A DNA stretch of 64,000 nucleotides, taken from Tubulanus polymorphus (taxonomy: Eukaryota; Animalia; Nemertea). Of the stretch, positions 39,201 to 49,460 are shown piece by piece. Position 1 is the first letter of the stretch, and the number at the start of each line of letters is the position of its first letter. Location of the stretch: NCBI RefSeq assembly GCF_964204645.1, contig NC_134027.1, positions 24,266,560 to 24,330,559 of the forward strand, given 5' to 3'. The position numbers and the translations under genes were made by a program. The notes beneath the pieces are model-generated. The model did not search any database, had not been told where the DNA came from, and saw only the letters and a program-made list of their open reading frames with translations.

Positions 39201-42200
39201 TGGAGTATTTTCCATATAAAATCTCGGAGGGACTGCAGATTGTAAACACTTTTAACAAAGGTAATAGTTAAGTTGAAATGAACGCAAATTACTATAATAT
39301 GGTACATTTTTTGACGAGATCGAAATTAAGGCGCAAATATCAAGAGAAAATTTTTTTTAAATGTTAACTGTCCAGTGTGGGTAGCTCGGTTGGTTGAGTG
39401 GTGTACTGCGAACCAAGAGGTCTTTGGTTCGAAACCACCTCTGGTGTTGGCTGTCAAGACTGACACATGCATGAACTAAGTTCTACTATCTGAGTCAGGT
39501 TGTGAGCCATAGCTATCTATAGAAAGGCCCTGGCCGTCTCTTTAAGACCCATTGGGGTTACACCGTTACTTGTAGTTGGGACGTCAAACTCTACTAACTA
39601 CCAGGGGCGGATTTAGACGGTGTCGACCGTTTTTATTGTTTCTCCGTATCAAAATTTGCTGCTATAACCACCTGAGATACACAATTGATATTTTTCCTAA
39701 TATATTAACCTATGTTTCTTGACTAAATGCCTCTCAGAGATGCTCAGAAAGCTCTAAAATTTCAAAAATTTTGCTGATACTCCTTTCCGCCCTAAATTAA
39801 GAATATATGCCCTTTTTATTGGTCGACATGGTCACAACATGCCCCTGAATCTCCCCTAACTACTATTGATTAAGATGATGTTTATGGCAGGCTTGTGGCC
39901 GGGTGATTAAGATGATGTTTGTGGCAGGCTTGTGGCCGGGTGGCAGATCTGTATATAACAGTACTCTCATAAACGCGAGAGATCCCACAATAAATTCAGC
40001 CAAAACGAGAAACTTGAATAGAAGAGTATATATATTTGTGCAACAGACTATCAGCCATCATCTGGCGTACTGAGAACAGGAGAATATAACAAGATTTTTG
40101 TACAAGGCCAAAACAAAAGAACTGAGTGAGTGATTAAAAAGTTGAAAGGGTTCTAATAGTCTTAAGCCGAAACATTGCGCAAATATATACTATTCTATTC
40201 ATGTTTCTCATTTTGGCTGAATTTATCGCGGGATTTCTCTCGTTATTATCTTACACGGATATTGTGTTTTCTTCTCGAGTACTCTCATGAAATTAAAAAG
40301 GCCTTAAGTTCTGACTAAGTCTGCCTCATGGACACATTTTCAACTGAGCTTTTCCTTGAGCGTAGTTACTCTTGTTTCGAGTTGGGAGGAGTCAACACTA
40401 CATTGATTACTACCACGGGAGGTTAGGATATCGCACAGCGAAAGGCAGTAGGGGGAACTATTGAACGAAGTCTGTCAATCTGTTGCTGCGATGTCTCGAT
40501 TAAAAAACAAAAGCCTGTTTCTATATCATACATGTATATGTATGTACTAAGTAACCCTATACTCTTATGAGACCTATAGGAGACTGGCGGTCTAGACTGG
40601 CTGTCTGAATCTTTTTATATCGGTCCTATGTTCATTTCGAACTACTAGTATCCTCGCCTAGAAACATCAACCGAAAATGATCGATTCCTAGATATTTGAG
40701 ACAAGTAATTTGATAGAAGATAGAACTAAAATGAGCTTACGTCGGTCTGAAGTTGTTACATCGGTTAGGCCTACAGAATAAAATGAGCTTAAGACTGGTC
40801 TGAAGTTGTTACATTGGCTATATAAGCAAAATTAGCTTAGATTGGTCTTAAGATGTTATATTGCCTTTGAACCAACATCAGCTTAGACTGGTATTAAGTT
40901 GCTAGATTGGTTATAGAACCAAAACGAGCATAGTCTTTGGTTGTTAGATTCGCTAGTATAACCAAATGAGTTAAAACTGGTCTGAAGATAGATGTTATAT
41001 TGGTAATAGAACCAAAATGAGCTTAGACTGGTCTTAAGTTGTTAGATTGGCTAAGGAACCAGATTCAGCTTAGACTGGTCTCAAGTTGTAAGATGAGCTG
41101 TTGGTCATAGACTGGTCATAAATCAATAGCCATGCCTGGAAAACTGTCCCCTGGTTTTTCCAGATTGTGAACTTCTGAAATTGATCACTACTTTTTGTTT
41201 TGTTGTAATCTCAGGTGGTCGGATCGCAGGCTCGTATTCTATACTCGGATCAGGTCGGACGAGTGGCGTTGTCCGTCGCGTTCAACGACGCTATATCTAC
41301 GGGACGGATCAAAGGACCGGTGATATTGAGTCGGGACCACCACGACGTCAGCGGTACGGACAGTCCGTTTAGAGAGACGTCTGATATCACCGACGGGTCG
41401 GCGTTCTGCGCAGGTAAACAGCTAACAGTAAATCTACACAGCTCACGTGAATATATTGATGCTCTATTGCACAAATGTTTGTTGATAATTTGATAAAAAA
41501 AATGTCCCAAGTTTGAAAAATAAAAATTGCTATTATTCAAAAATTTTAAATTTTAAATGATAGACTCCTGTAAAGTGTGGACGATCAGTTTTTGAAAGCG
41601 TGCTGATAAAATGTCTGATGTTCAATGTTAGAAGTTCATTTTCAATAAAAAATGTCGCGGGTGAAATCCTTGAAGACGATCGCTTTTCCAAGGTCTTATC
41701 GTTTTTTGGTAGTGCGCAGATAAAATGCCCAATGTCTGGTGATTGTAGTTTGTTTTACCAACTAAAATGACTCAAGTGAAATCCTTAACACATGTAAAGT
41801 GTGGAGGAATGACAATTGGACAACAGATTAACATTGATCCCCATTTTGGATTAACTTGATCACGAAAAGGCCACAAATAGAATTTTGTCTATGTGTATTA
41901 ATGAAGTCTTTTTGAAACAGATATGGCTGTACAGAATTGTATCGGCGATAGTTTCCGAGGAGCGACGTGGGTAGCATTACACAACGGCGGCGGATGCGGA
42001 TGGGGTGAAGTGATAAACGGCGGATTCGGACTCGTGCTCGACGGATCGCAGGTAACCGATACGTTTTAGACCCAGTTCAGTTGCACGCGCGGTTCACCTC
42101 AAATAGCAAATAGATGTATGATTTTCGAAAAATTTCAGGCTGCTGGAAAGAGAGCTGAAATGATGCTGAATTGGGATGTTGCTAATGGGGTAAGTTTCTG

Positions 42201-42832
42201 GCAGAGTCATCAAAATTTGGCGGAATCTTCCTGAATTCTGAATTCCCCCAACCAGTGTTTGAGACTTGCAACCATACATAACAACAAAAGATGATTTGAA
42301 CAGGTTTCTTACAGATCAGGAAATCTGAAATTCCCTGATATTTCCCCGATCCTTGACCGAAAATTCATAACATTATGAGATATCCTCAGTGGGGGCTGTT
42401 TTTCTTCTCAAGAAGTTCCTTGTGCAACTCCAGCAACAACAAGCAGACAACAAAAATTCCCTGATTTTTTAGAAAATTTTGGGATTCCATACGGGGAAAA
42501 TAAGTTCGAAATTTTCTCTGGCTGCTAGATATATTCCAACCTGTTACTATTGTAGCATTTGAAATTTCTATTTTTGACAAAAAATACAGATCAGGGATTC
42601 TTCTAATTTGCGTTTCAGGCGGCTCGACGAAATTTTCCTGCCAGGAAAAATAAATGTCGAAAATGTCTTGATTCTCCCGTTTTAGGTGGCTCGACGTTCG
42701 TGGAGCGGAAACAGATTCGCGCAGGACGCGATACGCAGAACGATGAAAGCAGACGACCGATTGAAAGTGACCGTTCCGTACGAGGTCGAAGACTCGGCGA
42801 TACTCGACAGCGCTCTCCTCGACGCGCAGTAA
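18267..42832 (+). CDS. UROC1: Urocanate hydratase, 678 aa, 18 coding exons
   Basis: Exons 18267-18392, 19406-19536, 20075-20228, 20830-20958, 21276-21337, 21596-21662, 22065-22208, 22780-22931, 23026-23134, 23228-23298, 23702-23799, 24220-24325, 24676-24764, 24886-24956, 41215-41413, 41921-42051, 42139-42189, 42686-42832. Sum is 2037 nt in frame. Motifs ELVTYGGNG, YGQMTAGSYCYIGPQGIVHGT, GLGGMSGAQPKA, SDQTSCH, WDYGNAF, RDHHDVSGTDSPFRET, ALHNGGG. An upstream in-frame ATG lies at 18246. Confidence 0.97.
21786..21918 (+). repeat. Dispersed repeat, near-identical to 25326-25462; Helentron/DINE-like (gtct)n element
   Basis: acacatataccgaataaaacattccctcaaggg...ggtctgtctgtatgtctgtct occurs twice. 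The second copy continues gatgaaacttgggtacaatg. Confidence 0.55.
22240..22662 (-). repeat. Tandem array of ~55-bp units in UROC1 intron 7 with minus-strand B-box-like GGTTCAAATCC
   Basis: Repeated ggatttgaacc..gatggcatc.tgagactctgccacattcctccc. Confidence 0.75.
27165..36422 (-). CDS. GT47/exostosin-family glycosyltransferase (plant xyloglucan galactosyltransferase-like), 545 aa, nested antisense in UROC1 intron 14
   Basis: Exons 36422-36411, 35437-35331, 33380-32678, 30345-30037, 29665-29519, 27524-27165 (1638 nt in frame). Type II anchor VLFVCIVALMIVMY. Motifs VYVYPL..EFN, THQFSAEIVFH, DADLFYVPYY, GKPHF, VPYP and [28 protein letters not shown]. The first micro-exon is the least certain. Confidence 0.9.
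28247..29397. repeat. 41-bp minisatellite, ~28 copies
   Basis: Unit gagatatctcatggtggcaatggtatgagacccagaactgt with minor variants. Contains the palindrome tgagatatctca. Confidence 0.97.
30478..31275. repeat. 31/35-bp minisatellite
   Basis: Unit gtaggagtcatgatagagatag(atag)agaagtctt, more degenerate toward the right end. Confidence 0.95.
34780..35260 (+). repeat. ~45-bp satellite array; same family inverted at 40720-41120 and 26620-26830, and direct at 16300-16420
   Basis: Unit ttaagaccagtctaagctcattttggttctatagc.aatctaacaac. Confidence 0.85.
36810..37165. repeat. Degenerate ~37-bp tandem repeat
   Basis: ccactgactagttctccaactgctagctaca repeated. Confidence 0.8.
38388..38710. repeat. ~39-bp tandem repeat
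   Basis: gatccagttccacagttgtgtgggtttaatttgactc repeated ~8 times. Confidence 0.9.
39381..39600 (+). mobile_element. tRNA-derived SINE
   Basis: gtagctcggttggttgagtg (A-box) ... ggttcgaaacc (B-box), non-tRNA body, gggacgtcaaac end and short (acta) tail. Confidence 0.55.
39972..40282. mobile_element. Fold-back Penelope-like remnant, same family as 3776-4000
   Basis: Inverted arms gcgagagatcccacaataaattcagccaaaacgagaaac / gtttctcattttggctgaatttatcgcgggatttctctcg. Tail cttacacggatattgtgttttcttctcga. Confidence 0.55.
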
Positions 42833-42917
42833 AACGATGGCTTATACCGCGGAGATCTTAATATTCACGCTTCGATTGGAAATAATCAAGCGTCGGTTGG
42901 GATTAATTATGTTAAGT

Positions 42918-43370
42918 GCAACCTCATAATAGATAGCTCTGGCAATAAGAGACCAAAAATGTATTGATTTCGTACTGTATATTGTAGTAAAAAGCACTGA
43001 GATAAGTTCATCACCATTTAAATGATTGACAACCTTTCAATTCGCAGAGAGTTAACCATTCAATTCACCAGACTTTACAATGACTATTTGCTCAAGTACA
43101 GTCAACTTCTGGCTATCCAACGCTAATCTGCTAACGTTATGTAATATAAGTGTAACCTCCTGATAGATAGCTCTGGCAATGATAGACCAAAAATCTTTTG
43201 ATTTCATATCGTATATTGTAGTAAAAAGCACTGAGATAAGTTCATCAAGAAGATCGCCATTTAAATGATTGACAATCTTTCTTCAATTCACCCAGAGATT
43301 TAAGCATTTAATTCATCAAACCTTTCAACGACTAGTTGGTAGAGTACAGTCAACTCCTGGTTATCTGCCA
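42918..43370 (+). repeat. ~240-bp tandem duplication downstream of the UROC1 stop (3' UTR)
   Basis: agatagctctggcaat...gtatattgtagtaaaaagcactgagataagttcatca...agtacagtcaact occurs twice. Confidence 0.8.
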
Positions 43371-45555
43371 CTAATGTCTTGAATCTTGGTCCCCGTTTCG
43401 ACGGAAAATGATCTCCAGCTCGAGATTTTCATTCCAAGTACGACTAGACCATTTATAATAACGTTTAAAAGAACTTGATATGAAAACTTTCGTAAATTTG
43501 TCAATTTTAACTTTGTTCTACATGTAAAGGATGCAAAGCGCGCAGCATAGTTTTTGGCTCGTGTGATTTTTCCAGCACTTTTCCACTGGCCAATTATCTA
43601 ACACGTTTGATATTTTCTATCGATGCGGCGCTAAGTACACTCTCTCATGTGCGGGGGGGGGGGGGGAACTCGGCATACTTTTTGCTACATTTGTCCTGAA
43701 TGCGCATGCGTCATCAATCAAAAACTGATGATAGCGGCGATAATCGATTTCTCAACAGAATATCGTCGATTTATTGCATGATTATCACTTTCTGTACTAT
43801 AAAATTATAGTTTTCACCTCCAAGACCCTCAATCTTGACCTCGATGTGATAGGAACAGAAGAATTAGATTGATTTGACAAGAATTGTGCAAATATGTAGT
43901 AAATATGGTTGTAAGATGCATACACAGATGTAAGATGCTTGCCACAGCTCCCTTAACTGAGTGCATTTTTCATAAGCCAACTGTACTCACTATAAACGTT
44001 ATAAAGATACTGTAGCTAGTGGGACGACGGCCTATCTGAAGTGTTTGGAACCTGTGTACACTTCTACGCACCCGGTTTACTAGAATCCACATACTCTTCA
44101 GCCTTTAAGAGTACAACATCTGGAGGTGATCTTCGAACAATATTATCACTAGGATTACGTGACCGATTGTTGCTAACAAGTAAATTTGTACTTCATTTTA
44201 ATACACGTGTTTACATTTTAATCGAACGAACTATTATCGTTACATTTGCTCAGAAAATAAGAGTGGCGGATGGTGAATATGGAACTAGGCAGAAAATCAG
44301 ACATCGAAATTGAATGATTCGAGACTAAGCTTTTACTTGGCAGTAGCCGGGAGTGGTGGATAAACAGGAGTTGATTAGTTTCTAGAGCTCAGCTAATCCC
44401 AAAAATATCGAAGTACGGTACTGCCGAAATCAGAACAATTTCTACTTCATTTTCAACTAAATGACTATGATACCAGGACAGGTAGTCAGGTCTCCTTACT
44501 GATTACCATTATTCTACTGATAATTGCTTTCACTCACGTTTTCAATCCAAAAAGATCAGGAGGGGTCAGTGCAATAGCGTACTGTAATGCTTAATGTATA
44601 TGAAAGAACGGCCGATTTTGCGTACAGAGGGGGAGGGGGGGTTGAAAAATTCAAATTTTATGCGTACGTAATAAATGAATCATCCCTTGAGCAGAGTCTA
44701 CTACAGTCGTATGTTTCTCCAACATGTGAATATAACACAGATTTTCTGGTCTCTGTTCGAGACATCCGTTGAAAAGAGTTGATCACTTAATTTTGAATTC
44801 ACTTATTTGCTTTGAATTTAATTTATCATAACCATTATATCTAGTCCTATCTCTAGTCGGCATATGCAAGATATAAATATTGTGATTTTTTTATTTAGAC
44901 GGCTAATTTAGTCAAAATGTTTCACTTTTTCAAAAATATACAGTATTATTTTTCTAATAATGTTAAATTCCATTGATTTTTGATATGCATATAATCTAAA
45001 TATTTTCTAAGTACAGAAAAGATAATAAACAGAAAGTTTCAATTATAAATTCTCAGGTACTTATGATCCTAGGTGCTTTTACATCATTTTCATCCGAGAC
45101 TCCAGTATTGTGTAAGAACCAAGCAGAAATATCTAACAAAATAACGATTATTATTCTCATAATCTAAATTCATTTATTTTCGCGGAGTAACATCGTTTTA
45201 TTTTTTGGCCCATTCATGAACAACCTACGCTAGATTTTTTAACCCTCTCCGTGTACATTATGTACATAGGGAGAAGCCCCATGACCCCCTGGTTGCATAC
45301 ATACATACTTGAATTATGAATGGACCCTTTACAAATTGTGGTCCATTTATTACATTCACAGGAGATTGAATACTGAATCTCAGTAACTTATGTACGAAAT
45401 GCAAGACCTTTCCTTTCGTTCTCAGAATTGTGGTCATATTTCAGTTATAACCAAGATTTATACCACTATTCCAGCTGAAACAGATCGTCATGTCATATTC
45501 TGAGACATACCGGTATCTGTGTCAAGAGATGACAGAATTGAAATTCCAAAGAAAT

Positions 45556-45790
45556 TGATATAACAGTGAACTATCAGTTATAACGAACAGATTTTCTGTT
45601 CTCCTGAAGTTCGTTGTAACGAGGTTCCACTGTAATTTCATACTGGATATAACAGTGAACTATCGGTTAAAATGACCAGATGTCCTGGTCTCCTGAAGTT
45701 TGTTGTAACGAGGTTCCTCTGTAATTTCATACTGCATATAACAGTGAACTATCAGTTATGACAAACAGATTCTCTGGTCTCCTGAAATTC
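45556..45790. repeat. Three tandem copies of a Tigger-like MITE end, downstream of the MED20 stop
   Basis: atataacagtgaactatc...gttgtaacgaggttccactgta, sharing the TIR of 14095-14298. Confidence 0.7.
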
Positions 45791-45815
45791 ATTGGTCTCC
45801 TGAATTCGTGAGCGT

Positions 45816-48800
45816 TCATCTTTGAATCATGACGGCCGCTTTACGGAAATTGTTAAAGTGTTCCAGATATTGCATGATCGTATCGGTCTGCATGTATAGA
45901 CTGTCCAGTTTACTGCGTAGGTGATTCGTACAGTTGTCAGCGCAGCCGCCCATGAATCCAGCCGTCATTTCCTTCATTAGATGCCAACAATCAGCGGCCA
46001 CGAAACAAGGCGTATATTCAACCTGGAAAATAGTTGTGACATCAATAAAGAGAAATTGCAGAAAAATCCTAACTCGAATCAATTGAGGCTAGTGTTTTTT
46101 GTTGCGAGTTAGGTAATAAGTAGAGTTAGGAAACGGATTTTTGTTCACATTTTCTTGCGATGATTTGTGTTCGAGTGTATTTTCAATTAAAAATGTTTAT
46201 TTTCAATTAAAAGTGAAGTCCGCAAAACTGAATCTGAAGTGTGGACAATGAGAGTTTAAAAGAATGTTGATAAGGTGCTGAATGTCTGAGGGATTGTAGG
46301 GGGCAGACAGCAGATTGACATTCAATAATTCCACCAAGACACGACAGCCACCTTAACCAATTCAACCTCCATTTTAATTTACCAGAAAAAGGACAAAGCC
46401 AGGGTACAGTTGCTCAAAAATTCGTTAACGTCTCTGAAGATAACTGATATAGGGAAGATTAAAACTGGATTGATCAGGGGCCAAAAGTTGGTTAGAGTTA
46501 CCCAGTGGGTAGTAACTGGCCCCTGTTAAACTTCAACCAACATTTGAGCAGCTGCCCCCCCCCTGAGTCATTCGACCAACTCAATTAATCTTACCTCGAC
46601 CATGATTCCTTTGTTCGTTTGATTCTGACCGAGCAGAACCGAGCCGATTTTGACGATGAAGTCGTCCATTTCGTAACGTTGGCCTTTGCATTCGACTTTC
46701 GCGCTTTTCCTCGGCGCGTAGAAACCTTTCAGTTTCAACATGAGCACGTCGAGTAGCGTGTCTGCAACGAGACAGGTTCCCGTATCGAGCACGCAGAAAC
46801 ACGAAGCCGGCTGCTCGGAATTGTGCATCACGTGAGACAACCTTTGAGGAGTAACTGCAGAGAAAACATTTTAACCCTTTCAGTGTTGACTAATCAATAC
46901 CCTATAGTGCTGAAGATAATTTGAACATTTTGAAGATTCCACCCTAGTGTGTTGAATAACGGGAATAGCACTATAATGAGTCTACACCGCGGCGCGGTGT
47001 ATCGTACTAATATTTCATTGTTTGACAGGTGCTGCTATCTTTCAAGAGAGATAATTAGTAATTACTAATTAAATCAATACACCGCAGTGCGGTGTACTAG
47101 CAAAATCCATCACTGATTTGTACACCACACTGCGGTGTAGACGCACTGAAAGGGTTAAAGAATTTTTGAACATTATATTCGACTCTTTTTTTACGGTAAA
47201 TGTTAGATCCTATAACCGAGTCGTACACAAAATGGCGGCTTTTTCAACCGATGAAACTAGGTCTGAAGGTAAATGCAGAAATCCCACACTTCGAATTTAA
47301 AATTATACGATCAAATTTATTATTATGAAACCACAACGTTGTGGTTTCATGATAATAAATTTGATCTATAATTTTATGAAATTATTATTATGAAACCACA
47401 ACGTTGTGGTTTCATCATAATAAATTTGATCGTATAATTTTAAATTCGAAGTCTGGGATTTCTTCATTTATCCACAGTACACACGGATTATAGTGTTTAT
47501 TCGGGTCTAGGTCTGAAGGGTAAGTATCAAGAGGGGTAGGGTAGGGTTTAGCGTTAGGCATGGCTTTAGGGTTCATTACTACGGTAGCTTAGGGTAAGGC
47601 TACATGTAGTTATAAAATCGGTAGTTCCGGAAGCCAGCGCTGTGGGAAAACAGTATGCTTACACTCTCGCGTATTCTTATTCGAATCCCGAATTTTTTTG
47701 TGATTTTTCATGAGTTTTCTAAGTCCAGACAGTCAATGCGCAAGTGCGACAAGTCTGTTACAGGATCTAACATCTACCCTCCTTCAACCAAACCATAAAT
47801 TGAATCTCTCAGTATCTACCGATCACACTTATATAGCACTAGTTAGTTACCTAATCGTTGGTGGTAAGCTTTTTATAATCGGATGGGCTTATACCAACGT
47901 TAGGGATGACAAGGACCAAAACACGGTTGAAAAAAGTAACACTTCAAAAATATACTTTCTATTCACTTCAGTCCACAATTAATGGCTTAATTCACAAACT
48001 AACACAGGTACCTTTCGAAATAATCCAATTTTATGTATGTTTCGAGTGATTAATCAACATTATTTTGAGAAATTAATTAATTTCTCCACAAATTTCGCCA
48101 TTGGCCGCCATTTCTCTGTATTGCACATGTGGCATGATAAGACAAGGGGACCTACAAGGATTTATATAAAACTTCCAAGACGAAACGACAATTTTTATTT
48201 TTGATGGTTTTCCAACTTTTATTTCAAGTCTTCGTGTTTTCCATAATAAATAATGAAATAATAAGTTTCTGGTAAAAGAAAAATGTGAATAAGTGTTGAT
48301 TTTTTAATTTTTTTAAATTTCGTCGTTTCGTTTTGTTAGTTTGTGCTGTTGTCCTGGCCTCAGTCCACAGGTGCCAGCACCTCCAGTAATTTTCAAAATG
48401 GCAGCTGTTGACTGGACGGAAATTTACTCTCACTTTACGGCCGATTTGCACATGGATTAAGATCGTCAGGTGAGGTGTTATAGGTATCAGACAAACTACG
48501 AATCTGTTGTGCGTCGATTACAACAAAAATGAGACAGATATCTTAAGAGACAATGAAATGCCAGGCAAATTACTCGTCAGTCAAATTGGCTGACGAAGAT
48601 TTCATACAAAAATGACCTTCCCATTCCTGACTGTGGTTTGTGAAAATATCCGATCGTGAAACTAAACCACAGTCAGGTTACTGACTAATATAGCACCAAA
48701 TTGATTTTTCTTAGTGAAACATATAAATTTCAATGTTTATTAACTTATGCAGGGAAAATTCCTTTCAATTTTAACGGTAAAATCAATTCTTACTCGTTTG

Positions 48801-49122
48801 CACGGATTGATACGTCTCGCAGTCGACGGAAAATAATCCGCTTTTTTTCGCTCCCAGGCCTTCGACTCGTTTTTGCAGTTCGTCGACGATTTGTTGAGCG
48901 CTTTTACCCTCGGTCAACGGATAATTGAGAACCCTGAACGCGGAGAGAAGGAGCAATACGTGTTTAAAGACGGTTCCTTTCGGTAATTAGCACGCGAAAA
49001 AAGGAGGAAAACGACTTAAAAACGATATTTCCTGAAATTCTCAGAAGTTTTCTGAAATATTCAAGATCATTTCTAAAGTAAGTAAAGGCTTCATTTTGGA
49101 ATACTCACCACACAACACCCAT
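45816..49122 (-). CDS. MED20: Mediator subunit 20, 206 aa; exons 49122-49109, 48933-48794, 46854-46595, 46022-45816
   Basis: MGVVWVLNYPLTEGKSAQQ...GLGAKKSGLFSVDCETY...HNSEQPASCF...KVECKGQRYEMDDFIVKIGSV...KGIMVEVEYTPC...DTIMQYLEHFNNFRK. 621 nt in frame with GT-AG junctions. Confidence 0.95.
46871..47158. mobile_element. piggyBac-type MITE in MED20 intron 2 (inverted relative to 9116-9415)
   Basis: TTAA|ccctttcagtg ... cactgaaaggg|TTAA. Confidence 0.85.
47195..47779. mobile_element. MITE with ggtaRatgttagatcct TIRs and (ccctaa)-like core, interrupted by a palindromic insert at 47270-47506; second copy 60690-61057
   Basis: TIR ggtaaatgttagatcctataaccgag / ttacaggatctaacatctacc. The insert is bracketed by the 13-bp direct repeat ctaggtctgaagg. 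Confidence 0.7.
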
Positions 49123-49460
49123 CGTTATTGGAGAGCTGATTAATCGCCTTAATCGTGAAAAATTCAAATTAAATTTTTTCAATGGGCGCCGACATTTTGT
49201 CGGAATAGCTAAAAACGGAATCTGAAACGAAACGTCGTCAGACGAATATTGTTGAATTTCTTTAGAAAAAGTGATAACGCTAGGTTTATTTCTTTAATAC
49301 TATCGTTGCATCAGCACTGAAAAATAATTTTATTTCGATTGGTGTTCGATTTAGTTCAAAATCTAATCGTGGTTCCGGCGTTTGATTTCAGTTTTACGTA
49401 CAGCCCGCCGGTGTTCGCATTTCGCACGTTCTCAGAAGAAAGAAATAAACCGAAATCATC
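49123..49460. promoter_or_regulatory. Putative bidirectional promoter MED20/SNRPF
   Basis: Divergent ATGs separated by 338 bp. Confidence 0.6.

Noticed and set aside
39381-39450. Possible tRNA gene (also GGTTCGAATCC motifs at ~51287 and ~56283)
   Set aside because: A- and B-boxes are present but I could not form a proper acceptor stem and cloverleaf. Better explained as SINE heads.
18267-42832. Bacterial hutU or contamination
   Set aside because: Seventeen spliceosomal introns and the eukaryote-type N-terminal extension show this is the animal UROC1.
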